From Amphiscolops sp. MND2022 (taxonomy: Eukaryota): DNA of 64,000 bases. The notes beneath the pieces were generated by a model, which was not told where the DNA came from, did no database searches, and worked only from the letters and a program-made list of their open reading frames with translations. The position numbers and the translations under genes were made by a program. The stretch is from NCBI GenBank assembly GCA_964187785.1, contig OZ076409.1, forward strand, positions 74,216,001 to 74,280,000, written 5' to 3'. Positions 24,001 to 39,000 of this stretch are shown piece after piece (within the stretch, counting starts at the first letter, position 1; every line of letters begins with the position of its first letter).

Positions 24001-27000
24001 TTCATTTTTCTAACGGTCCAGCTTATCTTTGCCATTTTTTCGAAAACGCACTTGCCTAAAGGCCTCCCCTGGCCGGTTTTATTCCCAGCAAAACCATTTG
24101 GCCCTAAATACGGAGTTTCAGCGTTCCAGCATTCCCGGGCGAAAAGTTGTGGGACTTATAATTTTTCAAAAATTTTGAAAAAAAATTTTTTCCGTTATTT
24201 GGGCCCTCAAAGTGGGGGAAAAGACCCCCCAACCAGTAAAGCAAGTGAATGCATGTAGAAAGCCCTTGTTTAGACGAGAAAAATGCCGTTTAGAACGTCT
24301 TTTTATCGTAACTTGACATTGACTTTTGTCGTTTTGAAGGTGACCGTTAGATACGGAAAATTGATGTTTTGAGTATTTATCCCATCTGAAAGCCATTGAG
24401 ATACAACATGTTTTGCTCAAAACGTGTTTCATTGCAGTTTCGCTGTCCATTATCACCCTTTGGTGTCTTTTCACGTAATTTTCGTTTCTATAATAACAAT
24501 TTTTTTGTGTATTTATTCATTATTTTCTCATCAAATAACTTGAAACAGTTGAGTACATTCCATCTCCCTTCCCGGGGGAGATGAGAATGTACTCGCTAAA
24601 GGTCAGGAACTACGGTCTATATCTTCCATAACACAAAAGGGATTGCAAATGGTTTCAGTTTGTCGCAGAAAACTTCTTTTTGCCCTCTGTGACTCGACAA
24701 AATGAACGTTTCTTACTTACTTTGAAACTCAGCATACCACAACTCATCTCTAACGTCAGCGCCCCCCTACTTGCATCAACGCCCCCCGTCCGTGGGCATG
24801 CCGAGGCATGCCCTTCGACGACGTATGCCAAGATATACCTGGAGCGCGTTAGCCTAGGTGGCCGTGTCTTTTCGACGTGCTTTTGCATTGAGGAGTGGGT
24901 AGGGCCCCGCGACGACCTAGAAGAATTGGATGCTCACCGAAACGTGCAGAATTCTACGAGATCTCATAGTTTGAGCCATACGATTTTGCTGAAATTTGGC
25001 ATGTGGCCTGGAATTGGTGAGTAGGTAAAACGTGTAGGAGGTGATTTTTCCCAAATTCCACTGTGAGACGAGATATGGGCAAATAACGGTCCCAAAAATG
25101 GCAAAAATGCACTTTTTTCAACTTTGTCAGCCCATATCTCGTTCCCAGGTGCCCGGAGCGGGACGCGTTAAGCTGATTATAAACTCTAGGGTGTTGAGGC
25201 TGTACGGGGAAGTCAGGCCCGTTCCGATCGGACTTGTAGTCTTGGAGAAATAACGGTATTTTTGGGGAACCTTTTCTAACGGTCCAGCTTATCTTTGCCA
25301 TTTTTTCGAAAATGTACTCGCCTAAAGGCCTCCCCCTGGCCGAATTTACTCCCAGCAAAACCATTTGGCCCTAAATACGGAGTTTCAGCGTTCCAGCATT
25401 CCCGGGCGAAAAGTTGTGGGACTTAGAAAAATTTCAAAAATTTTCAAAATTTTTTTTCCGTTTTCCGCCCTCCCCCCCCCCCGAGGGGAAAAGACCCCCC
25501 AACCAGTAATTTGAGTGAATGCATGTCAAAAGCCCTTGTTTTGACGAGAAAAATACCGTTTAGAACATCTTTTTATCTTGACTCAACGTTGACTTATGAC
25601 GTTTTGAATGTGATGTAAGGATGTAGGAGGCATGTGATAAGTTGATGTTTTGAGACTTTATCTCATATGAAAGCGGTTGAGATGCAAGCTGTCCTGCTCA
25701 AAACGTCTTTCGTTATAATTTTCCAGTGCACCAATACCCTTTGGTGTCATATAAACATACTTTTTGTCGATATATTAACAATTTTAATGTATTTATTCCA
25801 ATTTTTATTATCTTATAACTCAAAACAGTTGAGTACATTTCATCTCCCTTTCGGGGGAGATGAGAATGTACTCGCTAAAGACCTAGCGCCATGACCAAAA
25901 GTTTGAAACCCACGTTTTTTATCTTCTTACAGACTTGTTTTTGTATTTTTTCGGAATTTTTTAAAAATTAATATACTTGAAATACATTACTTGACTTTAC
26001 TACTACAATCCACCTTCAACGTCAACGCCCCCCTGCTTGCATCAACGCCCACCGTCCGTGGGCATGCCGAGGCATGCCCTTCGACGACGTATGCCAAATG
26101 CCCAGTGCCACGCAGTCATTATCGCTTGGTGCCGGGATTTCTATTCGTTCGAGTATGTGGCGCGTGTGGGTAGGGCCCCTGGCGCGCTCTTTTATTTCGG
26201 GTACACCTACTCCAAATTCACGATGTGATTTCGACGATCTCGTAAACTAGCCACACGATTTGGCTGAAATTTGGCACACGTACCCCCCTCGGCACGGTGA
26301 AGATGATTCCCTACTGACGTTTTGCTCGCTAAACATTTTTTGTTGACCATAATAACGGTTTTTGGGGTAAAATTTTCAACTTTTTTTAAATTTCATCTTA
26401 TATCTCGCCACGGGTACACGCTAGCGCTTCCAAACCTTGCTGACGAAAGTTTGCAAACTGTCTCAGGAATGCTGTGTGAAATTTTCAGCTCAATCGGACT
26501 TAAACTCGAGGAGATATAGCGTTTTTCCGGAGCGGGGGGGTTTCATTTTTCTAACGGTCCAGCTTATCTTTGCCATTTTTTCGAAAATGCACTCGCCTAA
26601 AGGCCTCCCCTGGCCGGTTTTATTCCCAGCAAAACCATTTGGCCCTAAATACGGAGTTTCAGCGTTCCAGCATTCCTGGGCGAAAAGTTGTGGGACTTAG
26701 AAAATTTCAAAAATTTTCAAAAAAATTTTTTCCGTTATTTGGGCCCCCAAAGTGGGGGAAAAGACCCCACAACCAGTAAAGCAAGTGAATGCATGTGCAA
26801 AGCCCTTGTTTAGAGGAGAAAAATGCCGTTTAGAACGTCTTTTTATCTTGGCTCAACGTTGACTTATGACGTTTTGAAGGTGATGTTTGGAGGTGTAAAG
26901 CACGTGAATAGTAAACGTTATGAGTATTTATCTGATCTGAAAGCCATTGAGATGCAATATGGTTTGCTCAAAACATAAATCATGGCAGTTTGGCAATCAA

Positions 27001-30000
27001 TCAACACCCTTTGTTGTCGTTTGACATACTATTTTGTTGTTATAATAAAAAATTTTGTGTATTTATTCATTTTTTTCTCATCAAATAACTTGAAACAGTT
27101 GAGTACATTCCATCCCCCCCTTCCGGGGGAGATGAGAATGTACTCGCAAAAAGCACCGAACTACGGCCCTTACCTTCCCGAGCTACGCAGTATAAGGATT
27201 ACATATTGGTTCCGACATTTTCATAGAGTTATATCTTGGTAATCTGTCTGGATATGCAGAAAAATCAGCACGTGCCTCTTAATACCAAGTTGCTCACAAC
27301 GACAATTCTTTTATATCAACGCCCCCATCTTTATCAACGCCCCCCGTCCGTGGGCATGCCGAGGCATGCCCTTCGACGACGTGCACCAAGATATGCTATA
27401 ACGCGTTAGCCTAGGTGCCGGGATTTCTATTCGATAAAGTATGTGGCGCGTGTGGGTAGGGTCCCTGGCGCGCTCTTGGGTATGGTGTTCACCAGCTAGG
27501 AAATAGGGGTCGATTTTTCGGGATCTCCTAAACTAGCCACACGATTTGGCTGAAATTTGGCACACGTACTCCCCTCGGCATGGTGAAGATGATTCCCTAC
27601 TAGCGTTTTGCTCGCAAAATTTTTTTTGTTGTCCAAAATAACGGTTTTTGGGGGAAAATTTTGAACTTTTTTTAAATTTCATCTTATATCTCGCCACCAG
27701 TTTACGCTAGCGCTTCAAAACCCTGCTAAAGAAAGCTTGCAAACTGTCTCAGGAATGCGGTGTGAAATTTTCAGCTCAATCGGACTCAAACTCGGGGAGA
27801 TATAGCGTTTTTCCGGAGCGGGGGGGTTTCATTTTTCTAACGGTCCAGCTTATCTTTGCCATTTTTTCGAAAATGCACTCGCCTAAAGGCCTCCCCTGGC
27901 CGGTTTCATTCCCAGCAAAACCATTTGGCCCTAAATACGGAGTTTCAGCGTTCCAGCAATCCCGGGCGAAAAGTTGTGGGACTTAGAAAAGTTCAAAAAT
28001 TTTAAAAAAAAATTTTTCCGTTTTCCGCCCTCCCCCCCTAGGGGAAAAGACCCCCCAACCAGTAATTTGAGTGAATTCATGTGGAAAGGCCATGTTTAGA
28101 GGAGAAAAATACCGTTTAGATCGTCTTTTTATCTTTATTCAACGTTGACTTATGACGTTTTGAAGGTGATGTTTGGGGGTGTGAAGCACGTGAAAAGTAA
28201 ACGTTATGAGTATTTATCTGATCTGAAAGCCATTGAGATGCAACCTGTTTTGCTCAAAACGTAATTCATATCAGTTTGGTAGTCAATCAACACCCTTTGT
28301 TGTCATTTGACATCTTTTTTTGTTGATATAAGAAAAAATTTCGTTTATTTATTCATTTTTTTCTCATCAAATAACTTGAAACAGTTGAGTACATTCCATC
28401 CCCCCTTCACGGGGGAGATGAGAATGTACTCGCAAAAAGCCCCGAACTACGGCCCTTACCTTCCTGAGCTACGCAGTATAAAGATTGCATATTGGTTCCG
28501 ACATTTTGATAGAGTTATATCTTGGTAATCTGTCTGGATATGCAGAAAAACCAGCACGTGCTTTTTTATACCAAGTTGCTCACAACGACAATTATTTTAT
28601 ATCAACGCCCCCATATTTATCAACGCCCCCCGTCCGTGGGCATGCCGAGGCATGCCCTTCGACGACGTATACCAAAATATGTTCGAGCGCGTTAGCCTAG
28701 GTGCCGGTGTTTTTTTACACAATGGGGGAAGTTGCGCGGTTGGGGAGGGTCCCTGACGCGCTTCCGTGGTATCGGGTCTTTCAACCGATGAAAACGACAT
28801 AAAAAATTGGGATCTCGAAAACTAGCCATACGATTTGGCTGAAATTTGGCACACGTACCCCCCTCGGCACGGTGAAGATGATTCCCTACTGACGTTTTTC
28901 CCGCTAAACATTTTTTGTTGACCAAAATAACGGTTTTTGGGGTAAAATTTTCAACTTTTTTTAAATTTCATCTTATATCTCGCCACGGGTACACGCTAGC
29001 GCTTCCAAACCTTGCTGACGAAAGTTTGCAAACTGTCTCAGGAATGCGGTGTGAAATTTTCAGCTCAATCGGACTTAAACTCGGGGAGATATAGCGTTTT
29101 TCCGGAGCGGGGGGGTTTCATTTTTCTAACGGTCCAGCTTATCTTTGCCATTTTTTCGAAAATGCACTCGCCTAAAGGCCTCCCCTGGCCGGTTTTACTC
29201 CCAGCAAAACCATTTGGCCCTAAATACGGAGTTTCAGCGTTCCAGCATTCCCGGGCGAAAAGTTGTGGGACTTAGAAAATTTCAAAAATTTTCAAAAAAT
29301 TTTTTTTCCGTTATTTGGGCCCCCAAAGTGGGGGAAAAGACCCCCCAACCAGTAAAGCAAGTGAATGCATGTGCAAAGCCCTTGTTTGGACGAGAAAAAT
29401 GCCGTTTAGAACGTCTTTTTATCTTGGCTCAACGTTGACTTATGACGTTTTGAAGGTGATGTTTGGAGGTGTAAAGCAAGTGAATAGTAAACGTTATGAG
29501 TATTTATCTGATCTGAAAGCCATTGAGATGCAATATGGTTTGCTCAAAACGTAATTCATTGCAGTTTGGCAATCAATCAACACCCTTTGTTGTCGTTTGA
29601 CATACTTTTTTGTTGTTATAATAAAAAATTTTGTGTATTTATTCATTTTTTTCTCATCAAATGACTTGGAACAGTTGAGTACATTCCATCCCCCCCTTCC
29701 GGGGGAGATGAGAATGTACTCGCAAAAAGCACCGAACTACGGCCCTTACCTTCCCAAGCTATGCAGTATAAGGATTACATATTGGTTCCGACATTTTCAT
29801 AGAGTTATATCTTGGTAATCTGTCTGGATATGCCGAAAAATCAGCACGTGCCTTTTAATACCAAGTTGCTCACAACGAAATTATTTTATATCAACGCCCC
29901 CATATTTATCAACGCCCCCCGTCCGTGGGCATGCCGAGGCATGCCCTTCGACGACCCGCACCAAAATATGCGTTAGCGCGGTAGCTGCTAGGTGGCCGTG

Positions 30001-33000
30001 TCTTTTCGACGTGCTTTTGCATCGAGGAGTGGGTAGGGCCCCGCGACGACCTAGAAGAATTGGATGCTCACCGAAACGTGCAGAATTCTACGAGATCTCA
30101 TAGTTTGAGCCATACGATTTTTCTGAAATTTGGCATGTGGCCTGGAATTGGTGAGTAGGTAAAACGTGTAGGAGGTGATTTTTCCCAAATTCCACTGTGA
30201 GACGAGATATGGGCAAATAACGGTCCCAAAAATGGCAAAAATGCACTTTTTTCAACTTTGTCAGCCCATATCTCGTTCCCAGGTGCCCGGAGCGGGACGC
30301 GTTAAGCTGATTATAAACTCTAGGGTGTTGAGGCTGTACGGGGAAGTCAGGCCCGTTCCGATCGGACTTGTAGTCTTGGAGAAATAACGGTATTTTTGGG
30401 GAACCTTTTCTAACGGTCCAGCTTATCTTTGCCATTTTTTCGAAAATGTACTCGCCTAAAGGCCTCCCCCTGGCCGAATTTACTCCCAGCAAAACCATTT
30501 GGCCCTAAATACGGAGTTTCAGCGTTCCAGCATTCCCGGGCGAAAAGTTGTGGGACTTGGAAAATTTTCAAAAATTTTCAAAAAAATTTTTTTTCGTATT
30601 CCGGGCCCCCAATGAAGGGGAAACGACCCCCCAACCAGTATTTTGAGTGAATTCATGTGGAAAGCCCTTGTTTTGACGAGAAAAATACCGTTTAGAACAT
30701 CTTTTTATCTTGACTCAACGTTGACTTATGACGTTTTGAATGTGATGTAAGGATGTAGGAGGCATGTGATAAGTTGATGTTTTGAGTCTTTATCTCATAT
30801 GAAAGCGGTTGAGATGCAAGCTGTCCTGCTCAAAACGTCTTTCGTTGTAACTTTCCAGTGCACCAATACCCTTTGGTGTCATATAAACATACTTTTTGTC
30901 GATATATTAACAATTTTAATGTATTTATTCCAATTTTTATTATCTTATAACTCAAAACAGTTGAGTACATTTCATCTCCCTTTCGGGGGAGATGAGAATG
31001 TACTCGCTAAAGACCTAGCGCCATGACCAAAAATTTGAAACTCACGTGTTTTATCTTCTTACAGACTTGTTTTTGTATTTTTTCGGAATTTTTTAAAAAT
31101 TAATATACTTGAAATACATTACTTGACTTTACTACTACAACCCACCTCCAACGACAACGCCCCCCTGCTTGCATCAACGCCCACCGTCCGTGGGCATGCC
31201 GAGGCATGCCCTTCGACGACGTATGCCAAATGCCCAGTGCCACGCAGTCATTATCGCTAGGTGGCCGTGTCTTTTCGACGTGCTTTTGCATCGAGGAGTG
31301 GGTAGGGTCCCGCGACGACCTAGAAGAATTGGATGCTCACCGAAACGTGCAGAATTCTACGAGATCTCATAGTTTGAGCCATACGATTTTTCTGAAATTT
31401 GGCATGTGGCCTGGAATTGGTGAGTAGGTAAAACGTGTAGGAGGTAATTTTTCCCAAATTCCATTGTGAGAGGAGATATGGGCAAATAACGGACCCAAAA
31501 ATGGGGAAAATGCACTTTTTTCAAGTTTGTCAGCCAAAATCTCATTTCCAGGTGCCCGTAGCGTCCCGCATGTGGACGTCAATATTGCTCAGCGCTGTTA
31601 GAGGAGTGCGTGGACAAATTTTGGTTGAAATCGGACGAAAACGTGAGGAGAAATTAACGGTTTTCCGGGTGTTTCCGGGTTAAAATTTTTAACGGTCCAG
31701 CTTATCTTTGCCATTTTTTCGAAAATGTACTTGCCTAAAGGCCTCCCCCTGGCCGAATTTCCTCCCAGCAAACCCATTTGGCCCTAAATACGGAGTTTCA
31801 GCGTTCCAGCATTTCCGGGCGAAAAGTTGTGGGACTTAGAAAAATTTCAAAATTTTTCAAAATTTTTTTTTCGTTTTCCGGGCCCCCAATGAAGGGGAAC
31901 GACCCCCCAACCAGTATTTTGAGTGATTGCATATCGAAAGCCCTTGTTTTGACGAGAAAAATACCGTTTCGAACATCTTTTTATTTTAACTTGGCGTTGA
32001 CTTATGACGTTTTGAATGTGATGTTAGGATGTGTGAGGCATGTGAAAAGTTGATGTTTTGAGTCTTTATCTCATGTGAAAGCGATTGAGATACAAGCTGT
32101 TTCGCTCAAAACGGGTTTCATCGTAATTTCGCAGTGCATCATTGACCTTTGTTGTCTTTTGAAGAATTTTTTCTTCATATAACAACAATTTTGGTGTGTT
32201 TCTTCCAATTTTTCTCATCTTCTAATTTGAAACAGTTGAGTACATTTCATCTCCCTTTCGGGGGAGATGAGAATGTACTCGCTAAAAACCTAGTGCTTTT
32301 GCGCCGCAATGTTTGCAAAAGTTGTTATTATTGCTGTTCCATCAGCATTTTCTAACTGACTTTTTTAAAACTATCAATTAACTTGAAGTACATTACTTGA
32401 ACTTACTACTAATACCATACATCTCTAACGACAACGCACCCTGCTTGCATCAACGCCCACCGTCCGTGGGCATGCCGAGGCAGGCCCTTCGACGACGTAT
32501 GCCAAATACCAAATGCCACGCTGTCATTATCGCTAGGTGGCCGTGTCTTTTCGACGTGCTTTTGCATCGAGGAGTGGGTAGGGCCCCGCGACGACCTAGA
32601 AGAATTGGATGCTCACCGAAACGTGCAGAATTCTACGAGATCTCATAGTTTGAGCCATACGATTTTTCTGAAATTTGGCATGTGGCCTGGAATTGGTGAG
32701 TAGGTAAAACGTGTAGGAGGTGATTTTTCCCAAATTCCACTGTGAGACGAGATATGGGCAAATAACGGTCCCAAAAATGGCAAAAATGCACTTTTTTCAA
32801 CTTTGTCAGCCCATATCTCGTTCCCAGGTGCCCGGAGCGGGACGCGTTAAGCTGATTATAAACTCTAGGGTGTTGAGGCTGTACGGGGAAGTCAGGCCCG
32901 TTCCGATCGGACTTGTAGTCTTGGAGAAATAACGGTATTTTTGGGGAACCTTTTCTAACGGTCCAGCTTATCTTTGCCATTTTTTCGAAAATGTACTCGC

Positions 33001-36000
33001 CTAAAGGCCTCCCCCTGGCCGAATTTACTCCCAGCAAAACCATTTGGCCCTAAATACGGAGTTTCAGCGTTCCAGCATTCCCGGGCGAAAAGTTGTGGGA
33101 CTTGGAAAATTTTCAAAAATTTTCAAAAAAATTTTTTTTCGTATTCCGGGCCCCCAATGAAGGGGAAACGACCCCCCAACCAGTATTTTGAGTGAATTCA
33201 TGTGGAAAGCCCTTGTTTTGACGAGAAAAATACCGTTTAGAACATCTTTTTATCTTGACTCAACGTTGACTTATGACGTTTTGAATGTGATGTAAGGATG
33301 TAGGAGGCATGTGATAAGTTGATGTTTTGAGTCTTTATCTCATATGAAAGCGGTTGAGATGCAAGCTGTCCTGCTCAAAACGTCTTTCGTTGTAACTTTC
33401 CAGTGCACCAATACCCTTTGGTGTCATATAAACATACTTTTTGTCGATATATTAACAATTTTAATGTATTTATTCCAATTTTTATTATCTTATAACTCAA
33501 AACAGTTGAGTACATTTCATCTCCCTTTCGGGGGAGATGAGAATGTACTCGCTAAAGACCTAGCGCCATGACCAAAAATTTGAAACTCACGTTTTTTATC
33601 TTCTTACAGACTTGTTTTTGTATTTTTTCGGAATTTTTTAAAAATTAATATACTTGAAATACATTACTTGACTTTACTACTACAACCCACCTCCAACGAC
33701 AACGCCCCCCTGCTTGCATCAACGCCCACCGTCCGTGGGCATGCCGAGGCATGCCCTTCGACGACGTATGCCAAATGCCCAGTGCCACGCAGTCATTATC
33801 GCTAGGTGGCCGTGTCTTTTCGACGTGCTTTTGCATCGAGGAGTGGGTAGGGCCCCGCGACGACCTAGAAGAATTGGATGCTCACCGAAACGTGCAGAAT
33901 TCTACGAGATCTCATAGTTTGAGCCATACGATTTTTCTGAAATTTGGCATGTGGCCTGGAATTGGTGAGTAGGTAAAACGTGTAGAAGGTAATTTTTCCC
34001 AAATTCCACTGTGAGAGGAGATATGGGCAAATAACGGACCCAAAAATGGGGAAAATGCACATTTTTCAACTTTGTCAGCCAATATCTCTTTTCCAGGTGC
34101 CCGTAGCGTTCCGCACGTGGACATCAATATTGCTCAGCGCTGTTGGAGGAGTGCGTGGACAAAATTTGGTTTAAATCGGACTTGAACTTGACGAGAAATT
34201 AACGGTTTTTTGGGCGTTTCCGGGGTAAATTTTTTAACGGTCCAGCTTATCTTTGCCATTTTTTCGAAAATGTACATGCCTAAAGGCCTCCCCCTGGCCG
34301 AATTTACTCCCAGCAAACCCATTTGGCCCTAAATACGGAGTTTCAGCGTTCCAGCATTCCGGGGCGGAAAGTTGTGGGACTTGGAAAAATTTCAAAATTT
34401 TTTCAAAAATTTTTTTTCCCGTTTTCCGGGACCCCAATGAAGAGGAACGACCCCCCCGACCAGTATTTTGAGTGAATTCATGTGGAACGCCCATGTTTGG
34501 AGGAGAAAAATGCCCTTTAGCACATCTTTTTATCTTAACTTGACATTGACTTATGACGTTTTGAATGTGATGTTAGGATATATGAAGCATGTTAAAAGTT
34601 GAAGTTTTGAGTCTTTATCTCATCGGAAAACCATTGAGATACAAGCAGTTTTGCTAAAAACGATTTTCATTGTAGGTTAGCAGAGTATTAGTACACTTTG
34701 ATGTCATTTGAGTATTTTTTCTTCTATATAATAACTGTTTTTATGTATTTATTCCAATTTATCTCATCTTTCAACATCAAGCAGTTGAGTACATTTCATC
34801 TCCCTTTCGGGGGAGATGAGAATGTACTCGCTAAAAACCTACTGCTATGGCGCCAATGTTTGGATGGGAAGTTTTCTATGCTTTGAAAAAAGTTATTTTT
34901 AATTACTTGATTTTTTAAAACAATAATTAACATGAAGTACATTACTTGCTCCTACTACTACCACCATACATCTCTAACGTCAACGCCCCCTGCTTGCATC
35001 AACGCCCCATCGTCCGTGGGCATGCCGAGGCATGCCCTTCGACGACGTATGCCAAATGCCCAGTGCCACGCAGTCTTTTCCCGCTAGGTGGCCGGGAATT
35101 TTTTTTTCCACATAAATCTTTGCCACTGGGGTAGGGGCCCCGAGTGGCTGTTGTTCGGTTTACTTCCCATAGGATTTGACCGCTGCGGAGACGATCTCAG
35201 AAACTAGCCATACGATTTGGCTCAAACTTGGCACAGAGCCTCCTTGAAAGATTATAAGAACTTTTTCCTAGTGGCGTTTTTCAATTGAAATATTTTATGT
35301 TGACCAAAATTGCGTTCAAAGTGTCCATTGTTGCGTAATTTTTGTCTTTTTCAACTTTGATGGTCCATAACTTTTTTTAAGAAGCCCGGAGCGGGTCGCA
35401 CGTGGACAACAATATTGCTCAGCATGAGAAGGGGAGTGTGTGGACAAATTGTCGTCCAGATCGGATGAAAATTGATTGAGTAATAGCCGGAAATTTGGCG
35501 CATTTCGTCGACTTTTTCAGAAAACCAAGTCTATCTCTGCCGTTTTTTGCCCAGATTTTTTTCCAGGTCTTCGCCTAAAGGCCTCCCCTGGCCGGTTTAC
35601 CTCCCAGCAAAACCGTTTGGCCCTAAATACGGAGTTTCAGCATTCCAGCATTCCCCGGGTAAAAGATAAATGACTTAGAATTTTTTCAAAAAATTATCAA
35701 ATTTTTTTTTCAATTTCAGGCCTCCCAAAGTCAAGAAACTTCCACACAACTAGTATTGCAAGTGAATGCAGGTGGAAAGCACTTGAATAGACGAGAAAAA
35801 TGAGTTATTATAAAACTCTGTAGCTCAACCTGACGTTAACTTATGACAAATTTAGTGTGAACTTCCTATATACTAAAAAATCAAAAGACGTAAAAGTCTC
35901 TTTGAAAACTAATCGGAATACGTCCAGTCAACCCCAGAGCTGTTAAATTGCCGTTGTCTAGTGCAGCAACACCATTTAGAGTCTTCTGACCCGTTTTGAT

Positions 36001-39000
36001 ACCGTTTTGATACCGTCTTATTCATCCGATAGCACAAAACTGTTGCGTACATTCCATCTCCCCCTTTGTGGGGGAGATGAGAATGTACCCTCTAAATGAC
36101 ACGCACAATGGCCCAATTTTATTTTTATACAACGTTTTCTAGGCTGTCGCGCAAGCCCACTAATATTTAGACTGGTTTCTTTCTCTTTCACTCCAAACTT
36201 TCCCTGCTAACCACCTTACACACCACCAGCTCAACGTTACTTCTGTAACGTCAACGCCACAAACTCGCATCAACGCCCACCGTCCGTGGGCATGCCGAGG
36301 CATGCCCTTCGACGACGTATGCCAAATAGCGCCACCTGGCGCCCCCAATTTCCGCTAGGTGCCGGTGTTTTTTTACACAATGGGGGATGTTGCGCGGTTG
36401 GGGAGGGTCCCTGACGCGCTTCCGTGAGATCAGGTTTTTCAACTAGTGAAATCGACAAAGAAAATTGAGATCTCGTAAACTAGCCATACGATTTGGCTGA
36501 AATTTGGCACACGTACCCCCCTCGGCACGGTGAAGATGATTTCCTACTGACGTTTTTCCCGCTAAACATTTTTTGTTGACCAAAATAACGGTTTTTGGGG
36601 TAAAATTTTCAACTTTTTTTAAATTTCATCTTATATCTCGCCACGGGTACACGCTAGCGCTTCCAAACCTTGCTGACGAAAGTTTGCAAACTGTCTCAGG
36701 AATGCTGTGTGAAAATTTCAGCTCAATCGGACTTGAACTCGAGGAGATATAGCGTTTTTCCGGAGCGGGGGCGTTTCATTTTTCTAACGGTCCAGCTTAT
36801 CTTTGCCATTTTTTCGAAAATGCACTCGCCTAAAGGCCTCCCCTGGCCGGTTTTATTCCCAACAAAACCATTTGGCCCTAAATACGGAGTTTCAGCGTTC
36901 CAGCATTTCCGGGCGAAAAGTTGTGGGACTTAGAAAATTTCAAAAATTTTCAAAAAATTTTTTTTCCGTTATTTGGGCCCCCAAAGTGGGGGAAAGCACC
37001 CCCCAACCAGTAAAGCAAGTGAATGCATGTGCAAAGCCCTTGTTTGGACGAGAAAAATGCCGTTTAGAACGTCTTTTTATCTTGGCTCAACGTTGACTTA
37101 TGACGTTTTGAAGGTGATGTTTGGAGGTGTAAAGCACGTGAATAGTAAACGTTATGAGTATTTATCTGATCTGAAAGCCATTGAGATGCAATATGGTTTG
37201 CTCAAAACGTAATTCATGGCAGTTTGGCAATCAATCAACACCCTTTGTTGTCGTTTGACATACTTTTTTGTTGATATAATAAAAATTCTAGTGTATTTAT
37301 TCATTTTTTTCTCATCAAATAGCTTGGAACAGTTGAGTACATTCCATCCCCCCCTTCCGGGGGAGATGAGAATGTACTCGCAAAAAGCACCGAACTACGA
37401 CCCTTACCTTCCCGAGCTACGCAGTATAAGGATTACATATTGGTTCCGACATTTTCATAGAGTTATATCTTGGTAATCTGTCTGGATATGGCGAAAAATC
37501 AGTACGTGCCTTTCAATACCAAGTTGCTCACAACGACAATTATTTTATATCAACGCCCCCATATTTATCAACGCCCCCCGTCCGTGGGCATGCCGAGGCA
37601 TGCCCTTCGACGACGTGCACCAAGATATACTCCCGAGCGCGTTAGCCTAGGTGCCGGGATTTTCTATTCGACAAGTTTGCGCGCCTTGGGGAGGGTCCCT
37701 TTGCGCGCTTTAAGATCCAGGTGTTTCCAACTCCTAAACGGGCATGTGATTTCGACGATCTCCTAAACTAGCCATACGATTTGGCTGAAATTTGGCACAC
37801 GTACCCCCCTCGGCACGGTGAAGATGATTCCCTACTGACGTTTTTCCCGCTAAACATTTTTTGTTGACCAAAATAACGGTTTTTGGGGTAAATTTTTAAA
37901 CTTTTTTTAAATTTCATCTTATATCTCGCCACGGGTACACGCTAGCGCTTCCAAACCTTGCTGACGAAAGTTTGCAAACTGTCTCAGGAATGCTGTGTGA
38001 AATTTTCAGCCCAATCGGACTTAAACTCGGGGAGATATAGCGTTTTTCCGGAGCGGGGGGGTTTCATTTTTCTAACGGTCCAGCTTATCTTTGCCATTTT
38101 TTCGAAAATGCACTCGCCTAAAGGCCTCCCCTGGCCGGTTTTATTCCCAGCGAAACCATTTGGCCCTAAATACGGAGTTTCAGCGTTCCAGCATTCCCGG
38201 GCGAAAAGTTGTGGGACTTAGAAAGTTTCAAAAATTTTCAAAAAATTTTTTTCCGTTATTTGGGCCCCCAAAGTGGGGGAAAAGACCCCCCAACCAGTAA
38301 AGCAAGTGAATTCATGTGCAAAGCCCTTGTTTGGACGAGAAAAATGCCGTTTAGAACGTCTTTTTATCTTGGCTCAACGTTGACTTATGACGTTTTGAAG
38401 GTGATGTTTGGATGTGTAAAGCACGTGAATAGTAAACGTTATGAGTATTTATCTGATCTGAAAGCCATTGAGATGCAATATGGTTTGCTCAAAACGTAAT
38501 TCATGGCAGTTTGGCAATCAATCAACACCCTTTGTTGTCGTTTGACATACTTTTTTGTTGTTATAATAAAAAATTTTGTGTATTTTTTCATTTTTTTCTC
38601 ATCAAATAACTTGAAACAGTTGAGTACATTCCATCCCCCCCTTCCGGGGGAGATGAGAATGTACTCGCAAAAAGCACCGAACTACGGCCCTTACCTTCCC
38701 GAGCTACGCAGTATAAGGATTACATATTGGTTCCGACATTTTCATAGAGTTAAATCTTGGTAATCTGTCTGGATATGCAGAAAAATCAGCACGTGCCTTT
38801 TAATACCAAGTTGCTTACAACGACAATTATTTTATATCAACGCCCCCATATTTATCAACGCCCCCCGTCCGTGGGCATGCCGAGGCATGCCCTTCGACGA
38901 CGTATACCAAGATATGTTCGAGCGCGTTAGCCTAGGTGCCGGGATTTCTATTCGTTAAAGTATGTGGCGCGTGCGGGTAGGGTCCCTGGCGCGCTCTTGG

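Noticed and set aside
36325..36362. CTCF-like motifs (GCGCCACCTGGCG; CTAGGTGGC junctions)
   Set aside because: Matches are partial and not conserved across most junctions.
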